Shown here one piece after another: positions 1 to 9,102 of a stretch of 57,609 nt of DNA. The stretch's first letter is position 1; every line of letters starts with the position of its first letter. The DNA is from a candidate division WWE3 bacterium CG_4_9_14_0_2_um_filter_35_11. Its GTDB lineage: Bacteria > Patescibacteriota > WWE3 > 2-01-FULL-39-13. The stretch lies in NCBI GenBank assembly GCA_002789015.1, contig PFSJ01000018.1, forward strand, positions 1 through 57,609. The letters run 5' to 3'. The notes under the pieces are model-generated. The model searched no databases. It worked only from the letters and a program-made list of their open reading frames with translations, and was not told the origin of the DNA. A program made the translations under genes and the position numbers.

Positions 1-1
1 T

Positions 2-610
2 TCGAATGTTGATATAAAAAAATCGAATGAAGAGTTAGAGGATTTGAAAAAAAGTGCAGTTGAAAATGCGTCCAATATTTCTATGGAAAGTATTTCGGAT
101 ATGCCTTCTATTAATTCATATCGAAACTTGTTTAAAAAATCCGGAACCGATTTTCATAGCAAAAGGCCTTCACCTGAAGCATTGCTAAGACGTGTAATTC
201 AAGGCAAAGGAATTTATAACATAAATACTGCAGTCGATGCATACAATCTTGCAGTTTTGGAATCACATATTGGACTCGGTGGATTTGATTCCGATCAGAT
301 TTCAGAGCCAATTGTGCTTAGATATTCAAAAGAAAAAGAAGAAATGGTACTTCTTGGCGATGATGTTCCAACGACTCTTAGAGATGGGCAAGTAATTTAT
401 GTTGATGCAAAAGGTCCAATAACAATGGATTTAAATTATAGAGATATAGATAGAACAAAAATTACAGAAAAGACTAAAAATATTATTCTTTTTGCTGATG
501 GCGGAGTCGGAATTAGTGAAGAAGATATAATGTCCGCTCTTAAAAAAGGAGCCGAAAATATACAGAAATATTGCGGTGGGGAGATTGGAGAATACACTTT
601 AATAAATTAA
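2..610 (+). CDS. B3/4 domain-containing protein (PheRS-beta B3_4-like), 5' end probably outside window
   Basis: The reading frame is open to the left window edge. The run RPSPEALLRRV...NTAVDAYNLAVLESHIGLGGFD...VLRYSKEKEEMVLLG looks like B3/4 domain (COG3382-type) proteins. Confidence 0.7.
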   Translation, partial: SNVDIKKSNEELEDLKKSAVENASNISMESISDMPSINSYRNLFKKSGTDFHSKRPSPEALLRRVIQGKGIYNINTAVDAYNLAVLESHIGLGGFDSDQISEPIVLRYSKEKEEMVLLGDDVPTTLRDGQVIYVDAKGPITMDLNYRDIDRTKITEKTKNIILFADGGVGISEEDIMSALKKGAENIQKYCGGEIGEYTLIN

Positions 611-612
611 TC

Positions 613-1197
613 ATGACTAAGGATCAAGCAATAGAGCTTTTACACAAGAATATGCAAAATCAGAATTTGCGCAGGCATTGTTATGCGGTTGGTTTTGCGA
701 TGAAAGGAATTTACGAGTATTTGGATTCGATTTCCAGAACTCCGGCCGAAAGTGTTGAAGATTGGCAGGTTTTAGGAATCTTGCATGATTCCGATTATGA
801 GATTACGAAAGAAGACTGGACAAGACATACGATTTTACTTTTGGAATGGTTGAAGGAATTTGGAATGTCCGAAACAGATCCAATTTATCTAGCTGTAATG
901 TCTCATAATAATAAGGTCACGGGGCTTCGTGAGCCTGTTACCGACATGGAATGGGCTTTAGAGTGTTGTGACGAGCTAACTGGTTTTATTGTCGCTTGTG
1001 CATTAGTAAAGGGCGGAAAATTAAGTGAAGTAACTTTAGAAACTGTTAAAAAGAAATGGCCGCAAAAGGCATTTGCTGCTGGAGTTATACGAGAACAAAC
1101 AGAACAATGTCAAGAAAAATTAGGAGTTAGTCTAGATGGATTTATTAGTATAGTGTTAAAATCTATGCAGGAAAACTGTGACAAATTAGGTCTTTAG
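613..1197 (+). CDS. HD-domain metal-dependent phosphohydrolase
   Basis: LRRHCYAVGFAM ... LGILHDSDYE gives the H...HD signature. I prefer the ATG at 613 (MTKDQAIELL) to the track start at 571, which overlaps the upstream CDS. Confidence 0.75.
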   Translation: MTKDQAIELLHKNMQNQNLRRHCYAVGFAMKGIYEYLDSISRTPAESVEDWQVLGILHDSDYEITKEDWTRHTILLLEWLKEFGMSETDPIYLAVMSHNNKVTGLREPVTDMEWALECCDELTGFIVACALVKGGKLSEVTLETVKKKWPQKAFAAGVIREQTEQCQEKLGVSLDGFISIVLKSMQENCDKLGL

Positions 1198-1203
1198 TTT
1201 TAA

Positions 1204-1216
1204 AAGGGCTACCCTT
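1204..1216. repeat. AAGGG-CTA-CCCTT mini-hairpin directly abutting the serS ATG
   Basis: A 5-bp stem AAGGG/CCCTT with loop CTA. The 17-mer AAGGGCTACCCTTATGC (1204-1220) recurs exactly at 13388-13404 inside sufS. Confidence 0.8.
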
Positions 1217-2491
1217 ATGCTAGATATAAAATTTATAAGAGAAAATCCAGAAATAGTAAAAAAAGCTATAAAAGACAAGCAATTTTCTGGAACTATTGAC
1301 ATTGATGAACTTTTAAAAATTGACTCCGAAATTCGTGAAATTGAACTTAAGCTTAATGATTTAAGACAAAAACGAAACGATTTAAATGACAAAATCAAAA
1401 ATGCAAAAGATCCATCCGAGCGCGACGTTTTAATCAAAGAAAATTCTATATTGAAACCACAAGTTCAAGAATTTGAAACAAAGCTTTCTGAACTAACTCC
1501 AGCATTTGATGAGCTTATGCTCTGGGTTCCGAATGTCCCTGCAAGTGATGTGCCATTTGGAGAAGGTGAAGAAGGAAATGTCGAAGTCAAAAAAGTTGGT
1601 GAGATTCCAACATTTAAATTTACTCCAAAAGATCATTTAGATATTGCAGAGGGTCTGGATATTATCGATGTGAAAAGAGGATCAAAAATTGGTGGATTTA
1701 GAGCCTACTTTTTAAAAGGTAAGGGCATGGTTTTAGAGCAAGCAATCTTAAGATATGCTTTGGATTTTATGATTGAAAACGGTTTTATTCCAATGAGTGT
1801 CCCTGTCATGGTAAATGACGGTGCATTAATTGGAACAGGGTATTTCCCGTGGGGGAAAGATGATCATTATAGAACTCAAGATGATCAGGCTTTAATTGGA
1901 ACTGCAGAAGTTTCATTAACTGCATATCATTCTGGAGAAGTATTAAAAGAAAGTGATTTGCCTGTAAAACTTGTTGGACAATCTCCATGTTTTAGGCGCG
2001 AAGTTGGAAGTCATGGGAAAGATACAAAAGGTGTTTTTCGCATTCATTACTTTAATAAAGTAGAGCAAGTTGTTTTAATTCCCGCAGATGAAAATCTATC
2101 ACGCGAGTGGCACGACAAAATGCTGGGATATGCAGAAAGTATTTTGCAAGGATTAGGTCTTTCATATCATGTTTTATTAATGTGTACAGGCGATATGGGT
2201 CCAGGACAAAGAAAAAAATACGATGTTGAAACTTGGTTTGCCGGCCAAAATAAATATCGAGAAACTCATTCTGATTCATATTTTAATGATTTCCAATCAA
2301 GAAGGCTTAATATTAAATATGTAGATTCCAAGGGCGAAAAGAAATATGTTTACACGTTAAATAATACAGTTGCGGCAACTCCAAGGCTTTTAGCAGCTGT
2401 AATTGAAAACTATCAAAATGAAAAAGGTGAGATTGTTGTTCCAGAAGTTTTAAGAAAATATACTGGTTTTGATTTGATAAGTAATGATTAA
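1217..2491 (+). CDS. serS: seryl-tRNA synthetase
   Basis: N-terminal coiled-coil arm, class II motifs (FRREVGSHGKDTKGVFRIHYFNKVE; TLNNTVAATPRLLAAVIENYQ), 424 aa. Confidence 0.95.
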   Translation: MLDIKFIRENPEIVKKAIKDKQFSGTIDIDELLKIDSEIREIELKLNDLRQKRNDLNDKIKNAKDPSERDVLIKENSILKPQVQEFETKLSELTPAFDELMLWVPNVPASDVPFGEGEEGNVEVKKVGEIPTFKFTPKDHLDIAEGLDIIDVKRGSKIGGFRAYFLKGKGMVLEQAILRYALDFMIENGFIPMSVPVMVNDGALIGTGYFPWGKDDHYRTQDDQALIGTAEVSLTAYHSGEVLKESDLPVKLVGQSPCFRREVGSHGKDTKGVFRIHYFNKVEQVVLIPADENLSREWHDKMLGYAESILQGLGLSYHVLLMCTGDMGPGQRKKYDVETWFAGQNKYRETHSDSYFNDFQSRRLNIKYVDSKGEKKYVYTLNNTVAATPRLLAAVIENYQNEKGEIVVPEVLRKYTGFDLISND

Positions 2492-2981
2492 TCCACTATA
2501 TACGCTTGCTGATATTCTTGTTGCCCTTCATCTGCTGGTTGTTTTTTTATACATATTTGTAAACCACAAAAATAAGGTTTTGGATTATTTATTTTCTTTA
2601 CTTTTGACGGTTGCATTATCTGAAGGATTGAAATTTTTTATTGATAAACCACGCCCTGTTTTGGAACTTGAAGGCGGGAGCTTTCCATCTACTCATACAG
2701 CAGTTGCATTTAATGCTGCTTGGTTTGTTTTATTTGCTTGTCATACATTGTCAAAACATCAAAATAGGGAAGGTAAGTGGTTCTTGTTGTTGAATAAATT
2801 TGAAAGTATGACAAAAAAACAGTTTTTAAGCATAATATTTGCCTTCGCCTTTGTGATTGGAGCATTAAGGGTTCTCTCAGGGGTGCACTATATAATAGAT
2901 GTAATTGCTGGAGGTTTATTTGGATTATTAACTGCTGTGGTATTTAAATATTACGACGTTAGTGCTAGGAAATTAAAATGA
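2484..2981 (+). CDS. PAP2-family (type 2 phosphatidic acid / polyprenyl-diphosphate) phosphatase
   Basis: All three PAP2 motifs are present: KFFIDKPRP, PSTH, SGVHYIIDV. Polytopic membrane protein. Confidence 0.8.
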   Translation: MINPLYTLADILVALHLLVVFLYIFVNHKNKVLDYLFSLLLTVALSEGLKFFIDKPRPVLELEGGSFPSTHTAVAFNAAWFVLFACHTLSKHQNREGKWFLLLNKFESMTKKQFLSIIFAFAFVIGALRVLSGVHYIIDVIAGGLFGLLTAVVFKYYDVSARKLK

Positions 2982-3811
2982 CGCTCACCCAGTCGGTTAT
3001 ACTTGGAATTACACAGGGAATTACAGAATTTTTACCTATTTCATCATCTGGGCATTTAATCTTGGTTCCAGCAATGTTTGGCTGGGAATTACAAGACTTA
3101 AGTTTTGACGTGGCGTTACATTTAGGAACTGCAATTGCAGTTTTACTATATTTTTGGAGGGACTGGTTTGACATGTTAATTTCATTGAAATTAGATGTCA
3201 TTGATTTAGTATCTGGAAAACTCCACGGTATGCACACATTACGACATCCCGCTATTTTGCTTTTTACATTGATAGTTGTTTCTATTCCTGTGGGATTAAT
3301 TGGATTCCTTTTAGAAAGTACAGTTGAGGAAACTTTCAGATCCCCTATTTTTGTATCATTTATGCTTGTCATAATATCCTTTTTCATGTTTTTTGCAGAT
3401 AAATATTCTGATGTACGAGAAAAAAAAGAAAAACTTAATTTCATTGATTATTTAATTATTTCATTAAGTCAAATTGTGGCATTATTTCCTGGATCATCAA
3501 GATCAGGAATGTCAATTTCAACTGGGCTTTTTCGCGGGCTTGACCGCGAAAAAGCCGCTAAATTTTCTTTTTTACTTGCAACACCAATAATCCTTGGAGC
3601 AAGTATTGTAAAACTCCCCGATTTATTTTCTTCACCAAGTGATCAAATCCAAATCATGCTAATTGGGCTTGCCACTTCTTTTATTACGGGAATGATTTCC
3701 ATCAAGTGGTTGATGTTTTTTTTGAAAACTAAAAGCCTAAAGGTTTTTGTTGTGTATCGCATTTTGTTGGGAGCGGTTATCCTGATACACTACTTCAGTT
3801 ATGCTATCTAA
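2978..3811 (+). CDS. uppP: undecaprenyl-diphosphate phosphatase (BacA/UppP)
   Basis: ITEFLPISSSGHL and SRSGMSISTGLFRGLDREKAAKFSFLLATP signatures. 277 aa, multi-TM. Confidence 0.9.
   Translation: MTLTQSVILGITQGITEFLPISSSGHLILVPAMFGWELQDLSFDVALHLGTAIAVLLYFWRDWFDMLISLKLDVIDLVSGKLHGMHTLRHPAILLFTLIVVSIPVGLIGFLLESTVEETFRSPIFVSFMLVIISFFMFFADKYSDVREKKEKLNFIDYLIISLSQIVALFPGSSRSGMSISTGLFRGLDREKAAKFSFLLATPIILGASIVKLPDLFSSPSDQIQIMLIGLATSFITGMISIKWLMFFLKTKSLKVFVVYRILLGAVILIHYFSYAI
3525..3556. other. perfect 13-bp stem / 6-nt loop hairpin inside uppP
   Basis: GGCTTTTTCGCGG gcttga CCGCGAAAAAGCC, every pair verified by hand. It lies over the conserved RGLDREKAAKF coding region. Confidence 0.85.
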
Positions 3812-6332
3812 GTTAATTGGACGATTCACAAATAATAATGAAAATAAGCTTTCAAATATAAAGTCTATTGTTTCTGAAATAAATGAACTTGAATCAAAAT
3901 ATAAAAAGTTTTCTGACGAGGAGATAAAAGCTCAAACTATAAAATGGCAAAAACATTTAAGAAGTGAAAATTTCTCTTCGGATGAGGTTTCAAAATATCT
4001 TGATGCGATTTTACCTGATGCATATGCAATGGTGCGTGAAATAGCAGTTAGAAAGATGAGCCAACGTCATCGAGATGTTCAGATTTTGTCTGGAATTATT
4101 TTGCATCAAGGTAAAATCGCCGAACAAAAAACTGGTGAAGGAAAAACTTTGACTGCAACACTTCCCCTTTATCTTAACTCTTTGACTGGAAATGGTGTTC
4201 ATCTTGTAACTCCAAATGATTATTTATCAAAACATGGCGTTGGTTGGTATGGACCAATATTTGAAGCTCTAGGAATTAATGCGGGCGTTATTGTTCATGA
4301 TTCTGCTTTCGTTTACGATCCTTCGTACGATTCTCAAGATTCTATCGATACATATTCAAGACATTTAAAGCCTTGTTCACGAAGTGAAGCTTACAAGTGT
4401 GATATTACTTATGGGACAAATCACGAATTTGGTTTTGATTATTTGAGAGATAATATGGCTGTTTCTAAAGAACAGATAAGCCAGACTAATCCGAATGAAA
4501 ATTATGGTAAACATTTTTTTGCGATTGTTGACGAAGTCGATTTTGTTTTGATAGATGTCGCAAGAACTCCATTAATTATTTCCCAACAAAAGGATTTGCG
4601 ACCAGACAGGTATTATCAATTTGCAACGCTTTCAAACGAGCTTGTTCCAAATACTGACTATGATATTGATGAAAAATATAAGACGGTAACAATGACTGAA
4701 CTTGGAATTAATAAGATAGAAAGAAAGCTTGGTGTAAAAAATTTGTACGAAAATGATTTTGAGACAGTTCACCATATCGAAAACGCATTAAGAGCAAAAG
4801 AGCTTCATGTTAAAGATAAGGATTACGTCGTAAAAGATGGCAGGATTATTATTGTAGATCAAAACACAGGTCGACTTTTAGATGGAAATCGCTGGAGCGA
4901 TGGCTTGCATCAAGCTGTTGAAGCAAAAGAAGGTTTGGAAATTCAGCCAGAATCAAAAACTGTCGCAACAATTTCATATCAAAACTATTATAGGCTTTAT
5001 GAAAAACTCGCCGGAATGACAGGAACTGCAATGACTGAATCTGAAGAGTTTTTTAAGATGTATAGTCTTGATGTCGTTTCTATTCCAACTAATAAACCGA
5101 TAAAAAGGCTTGACCAATCGGATGTAATTTATAAAACTCAATCTGCAAAATTTCGAGCAGTTGCAAATGATATTGCACAGAGGAACAAGCTTGGTCAGCC
5201 GATTTTAGTTGGTACAACTTCGGTAGAGAAATCACAGCTTCTCTCTGGTTTCCTAAAAAGGCTTAAAATTCCACATGAAATACTAAATGCAAAAAACAAT
5301 GATAAGGAAGCAGGCATAATTGCTCAAGCAGGTAAAAAAGGATCAGTTACGGTTTCTACGAATATGGCTGGTCGAGGCGTTGATATTATTTTGGGTGGAG
5401 ATCCTTATAGTGAAACAAACTACAATAACGTCGTAAGTTCAGGGGGACTTTATGTCATAGGTACAGAGCGTCATGATTCAAGAAGAATTGATAACCAATT
5501 AAGAGGAAGAGCTGGACGACAAGGTGATGTCGGAGAGTCTAGATTTTATATGTCTTTACAAGATGACCTACTTCGAATCTTCGGCGGTGAAACTATTGAA
5601 TCATTTATGAATAAGATGGGAGTTGATGAAAATCTTCCTATCGAGGCAAGGCTTATTTCAAAATCTATTGAGAATGCTCAAAAGAAAGTTGAGGGTATGA
5701 ATTTTGATCAACGTCGAAGTATTGTTGATTATGACGACGTTATGAATGTTCAAAGAGAGTCTATATATAGTATGCGAAGAAGGATTTTGTTATCAACTCC
5801 CGGCGAGAAATTTTTTGATTTCATTTTAGATAAATTATCAACTTATGTTGACGATGATTTTGCGAAGGTTTGGGTTTCAAAAAATCAAAAATATGGAGAT
5901 GAGCTTTGGCATGAGGTTGTAAAAAGAGTTTCTCTGGAAGTTATCGATGTTTTATGGATGGATCACATTGATTTGATGGATGATTTAAGAAGTGGAGTTA
6001 GGCTTCGTGGATATGGACAGGTTGATCCGTTGGTTGAATATAAACGTGAAGGTAGACAAAAATATGAAGAGCTTATGATTCAAATTTGGTCGACTATTTC
6101 AGATCGGCTTTTAAAAGTTGAAGTTCAGGTTGAAAAAAGACAAGAAGTCAGAGAATCTCCAATCGACAAAGGAAACATAGATTACAAACAAGGCAACTTT
6201 GAAAGCGGAGTCGCAAATGAAGTGCAAGGCTTGATCTCCGATGACTCCGCTAATAAAAAAGACAAACCTGGAAGAAACGATTTATGCTACTGCGGAAGCG
6301 GAAAAAAGTATAAAAAGTGTCATGGCAAGTGA
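3801..6332 (+). CDS. secA: preprotein translocase ATPase SecA
   Basis: Walker A AEQKTGEGKTLTATLP, VDEVDFVLID, TNMAGRGVDI, and a C-terminal zinc SEC-C motif CYCGSGKKYKKCHG. 843 aa. Confidence 0.95.
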   Translation: MLSKLIGRFTNNNENKLSNIKSIVSEINELESKYKKFSDEEIKAQTIKWQKHLRSENFSSDEVSKYLDAILPDAYAMVREIAVRKMSQRHRDVQILSGIILHQGKIAEQKTGEGKTLTATLPLYLNSLTGNGVHLVTPNDYLSKHGVGWYGPIFEALGINAGVIVHDSAFVYDPSYDSQDSIDTYSRHLKPCSRSEAYKCDITYGTNHEFGFDYLRDNMAVSKEQISQTNPNENYGKHFFAIVDEVDFVLIDVARTPLIISQQKDLRPDRYYQFATLSNELVPNTDYDIDEKYKTVTMTELGINKIERKLGVKNLYENDFETVHHIENALRAKELHVKDKDYVVKDGRIIIVDQNTGRLLDGNRWSDGLHQAVEAKEGLEIQPESKTVATISYQNYYRLYEKLAGMTGTAMTESEEFFKMYSLDVVSIPTNKPIKRLDQSDVIYKTQSAKFRAVANDIAQRNKLGQPILVGTTSVEKSQLLSGFLKRLKIPHEILNAKNNDKEAGIIAQAGKKGSVTVSTNMAGRGVDIILGGDPYSETNYNNVVSSGGLYVIGTERHDSRRIDNQLRGRAGRQGDVGESRFYMSLQDDLLRIFGGETIESFMNKMGVDENLPIEARLISKSIENAQKKVEGMNFDQRRSIVDYDDVMNVQRESIYSMRRRILLSTPGEKFFDFILDKLSTYVDDDFAKVWVSKNQKYGDELWHEVVKRVSLEVIDVLWMDHIDLMDDLRSGVRLRGYGQVDPLVEYKREGRQKYEELMIQIWSTISDRLLKVEVQVEKRQEVRESPIDKGNIDYKQGNFESGVANEVQGLISDDSANKKDKPGRNDLCYCGSGKKYKKCHGK

Positions 6333-7396
6333 GCCAATTCTTCGTTTATCTCCCCAATCAACTGCGGACCTTCGAATATCATTCCTGTTACGAGTTGAAC
6401 GAGTTTTGCGCCATTGTCTAATTTCTTTTGTGCATCCTTTGCGTTAAATATTCCTCCGCAACCGATTATTGTCGTTTTGTTTCCAAATTTTTTGCTGATG
6501 TGTGAAATTAATTCATTCGAGTTGACTTGAGTTGGTTTCCCACTAAAATTTCCTTTTAATTGTTCAACACCTTTGATTTCATTTTGATCAAACGATTTGT
6601 TTGTTCTTTTCTTAACTAGATTAGAGAATATAAAACCTTTAATGAAGTTGAACTTTATTGATAATTCAACTAAATTTTCAGTTTCTTTTAAACTTAACTC
6701 ATTTGCCATTTTTATATAGATTGGCTTTTGGATTTTTAATTTTTCGATGCTTTGCAAAAGTTGTTTTAGGTTTTTTGACTCTGCAAATGTTTCTGACATT
6801 TCGGCATTTGGACAACTTATGTTTAATTCAAAGTATTTGATATAGCTTTTATTTTTTAATTTATCAAAAGTATAAATATAATCATCAATTGCTTTTGGAA
6901 TTGTGTTAATAGATGGAAGATTTGAACTTCCTACGCTTACACCAAGAATAATATCTGTGAGGTTTTTTGATTCAAGCCTTTTTATAACTTTATCTACTCC
7001 TTCTGATTTGAAACCTTTATTTACAAGAAGTGATTTTGATTTTGGAAGCCTTTTTAGTCTTGGCTTTTGATTTCCTTCATATTCTCTTGCTGTAACAGTT
7101 CCAACTGTATTAAATCCAAACCCGACGCTTTTCATTATTTCTGCAAGATGACCGTCGTAATCGAAGCCTGCTGAAAGGCCTATTGGGTTTGGAAATTTGA
7201 TTCCATCGATTTCCCTTTCTAAATTAGTATTTTCGTAGTTAAACATTGAGGAGGTTATCGTTTTTGTTATTTCATATGATCCCAAAAATTCTCCGACAGC
7301 TGAAAATAAATTATGGATAATCTCAGCGTCAAACCTAAATAGTATTGGCTTAATTATGTATTTATATTTTACTGATATTAGTTTTGTTTTTGTCAC
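6320..7396 (-). CDS. pyrD: dihydroorotate dehydrogenase-like flavoenzyme (class-2-like architecture)
   Basis: FPNPIGLSAGFDYDG, GFGFNTVGTVT, GNQKPRLKRL, NISCPN, GCGGIFNAKDA, VQLVTGMIFEGPQLI. Its 3' end overlaps the secA 3' end by 13 nt in convergent orientation. Confidence 0.75.
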   Translation of the reverse strand: MTKTKLISVKYKYIIKPILFRFDAEIIHNLFSAVGEFLGSYEITKTITSSMFNYENTNLEREIDGIKFPNPIGLSAGFDYDGHLAEIMKSVGFGFNTVGTVTAREYEGNQKPRLKRLPKSKSLLVNKGFKSEGVDKVIKRLESKNLTDIILGVSVGSSNLPSINTIPKAIDDYIYTFDKLKNKSYIKYFELNISCPNAEMSETFAESKNLKQLLQSIEKLKIQKPIYIKMANELSLKETENLVELSIKFNFIKGFIFSNLVKKRTNKSFDQNEIKGVEQLKGNFSGKPTQVNSNELISHISKKFGNKTTIIGCGGIFNAKDAQKKLDNGAKLVQLVTGMIFEGPQLIGEINEELAHLP

Positions 7397-7399
7397 TTT

Positions 7400-8698
7400 T
7401 TATTTTTTTGATAACACTTGTTCCATCATCTTTGTTGTCTCTTTGTCAATTTTGCCATAGGCGATTGAATTTACTTCATTAAGGTTTATATATTGTTTGA
7501 TTGATTTGTTTATTTCATTCACAGAGAAATTTTTTATAGTTTCGTTCATTCTTTCTAATTCATAGAATTCCTTGCCATTTAGTAATGTTGATGAAATTAA
7601 TTTAGAGTAAGAATGGATGTTGTCGTAATGTACAAGGTTCCTGTTGCATATATATTCAGTGATATGATTTAGTTCGCTTTTTGAAACTCCGTATTCAGCC
7701 AGCTTTTTGAGTTCCTCTATTACGATATTAAATGTTTTTTCAAATTGATCTTGAATTGATTCATAATAAACTCCAATTATTCCAAATGGTTTATATGAAA
7801 AATGTGTGCAAGAAATGTAATAAAGAAGGCTTTCCTTTTCTCTAAGTCTTTTATTTAGTCTGCTTGAATTTGGTCCAGCAATTATTTTGCTTATGACATC
7901 AAATTGTAAATCCTGCTTTGTCGGAATTTCTATGTCGCCTGGTGTATTAAAAAAAAGTGTGTTTGTAATTAAACGTGTTTCGTTATCATATCCAGAATCT
8001 ATGAATGACTTTTTAAGTTTCTCATTTGGAAATTCTTCTTTTGGATATATTGATTTGATGTCGTTAAAATATTTATCAATTAATGTTTTAGTTTTATTGA
8101 CGTCAAAATTTCCAACTATTAATAATTGTAATTTTGACGGATCATGAAGCTCCTTTATCTTTTTTTCCACATTTAGATAATTAAAGGATATTATTGATTT
8201 TTCAGTTCCCAATATTTCGTGTACATATCCAGAGTTCATTATTGATATTACTTTTGTTGTATAGGAATTGTTTCTGTAACCGACATCATCCATGTTTTTT
8301 GATAATTCATCTAAAATTATGATCTTTTCTTTTTCGACTGCTTCTTCGCTGATTTTGGGATGAAATAGTACTTGATAAATATATTCTAAGCCAAAGTCCG
8401 CTTTGTTGTATGGAACGTTAATATAATAGGATATTGCTTCTTTTGATGTCCATGCATTTGCGTCGCCACCGTTGAATTCAATGGTTTCATTGAGCGATTC
8501 TTTTGTCGGCCATTTTTCAGTTGCGGAGGAACATAAATGCTCAATGAAATGTGTAATGCCATGCTCCTTTTCGTTTTCAAGTGCCGATCCTGAATTGATG
8601 TAGGATTTTATTGTTAGTGAATAGGTTTCTGAATTTGGAATAAGTAAGACTTCTATACCGTTTGCGAGTTTATAAAATTCGTAATTTATTTTTATCAC
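7400..8698 (-). CDS. M16-family (insulinase/pitrilysin-like) zinc peptidase
   Basis: Inverted zinc motif HFIEHL (HxxEH) near the N-terminus. 432 aa, two-lobe size. Confidence 0.8.
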   Translation of the reverse strand: MIKINYEFYKLANGIEVLLIPNSETYSLTIKSYINSGSALENEKEHGITHFIEHLCSSATEKWPTKESLNETIEFNGGDANAWTSKEAISYYINVPYNKADFGLEYIYQVLFHPKISEEAVEKEKIIILDELSKNMDDVGYRNNSYTTKVISIMNSGYVHEILGTEKSIISFNYLNVEKKIKELHDPSKLQLLIVGNFDVNKTKTLIDKYFNDIKSIYPKEEFPNEKLKKSFIDSGYDNETRLITNTLFFNTPGDIEIPTKQDLQFDVISKIIAGPNSSRLNKRLREKESLLYYISCTHFSYKPFGIIGVYYESIQDQFEKTFNIVIEELKKLAEYGVSKSELNHITEYICNRNLVHYDNIHSYSKLISSTLLNGKEFYELERMNETIKNFSVNEINKSIKQYINLNEVNSIAYGKIDKETTKMMEQVLSKK

Positions 8699-8727
8699 CT
8701 GAGTATTTTAACACTAAGCCTATAAAT

Positions 8728-9024
8728 TTATTTCTCTCTACGGTTTTTGAGGATTTCTTTAATTTTCTCTAGCTCTGCTTGAATGTTGTTCATTTTAATA
8801 TCTAGATCGATTTCCACATTTCTGTCATCTGTGAAGTATGCAAGTGGTTTATTAGTTTTTTTTGCAATTTTGTTTAAGGTTTCAATGTTTGGTTTTGTTC
8901 TTCCAGCTTCATATGAGCTTACCGATTTTTCGTTTACAACAAGAGCTTTGCTAAGTTCAATTTGTGACAGATTTGCTTCAAGCCTAGCTTCTTTTATTTT
9001 TCTTGCTAATAATGTAGTTGACAT
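8728..9024 (-). CDS. XRE-family helix-turn-helix transcriptional regulator
   Basis: LARKIKEARLEANLSQIELSKALVVNEKSVSSYEAGRTKPNIETLNKIAK is a classic Cro/C1 HTH. 98 aa. Confidence 0.75.
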   Translation of the reverse strand: MSTTLLARKIKEARLEANLSQIELSKALVVNEKSVSSYEAGRTKPNIETLNKIAKKTNKPLAYFTDDRNVEIDLDIKMNNIQAELEKIKEILKNRREK

Positions 9025-9050
9025 ATTCCCAAATTCTAATGTATTCTTTC

Positions 9051-9075
9051 CCTACAAGGAGTAGGTAAATACCTA
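9051..9075. promoter_or_regulatory. operator-like palindromes in the divergent XRE/hypothetical intergenic region
   Basis: CCTAC-aagga-GTAGG (9051-9065) overlaps the 14-nt palindrome TAGGTA-AA-TACCTA (9062-9075). It sits between divergent starts at 9024 and 9103. Confidence 0.35.
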
Positions 9076-9102
9076 TTCTAAATAGACCGCCAACCTAACG
9101 AA

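Noticed and set aside
2965-3444. 159-aa antisense ORF opposite uppP. Similar long shadow ORFs occur at 1186..1437, 12971..13306, 14622..15011, 16405..16791, 30100..30588, 31841..32365, 43451..43816 and 46992..47318.
   Set aside because: Each lies entirely opposite a CDS with strong family motifs, has low-complexity Ser/Lys/Ile/Phe-rich composition and shows no motifs. These are typical shadow ORFs of AT-rich genomes.
3525-3575. The uppP hairpin plus downstream T-run as a canonical intrinsic terminator.
   Set aside because: It lies inside the conserved core of uppP, and a 9-nt spacer (GCTAAA followed by T's interrupted by C) separates the stem from the T-run. I report it as an intragenic structure, not as a terminator.
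6204-6251. 9-bp inverted repeat AGCGGAGTC / GACTCCGCT with a 30-nt loop in the secA C-terminal linker.
   Set aside because: The stem is short and the loop long, so it is within what chance could give. It is not comparable to the perfect 12-17 bp stems.
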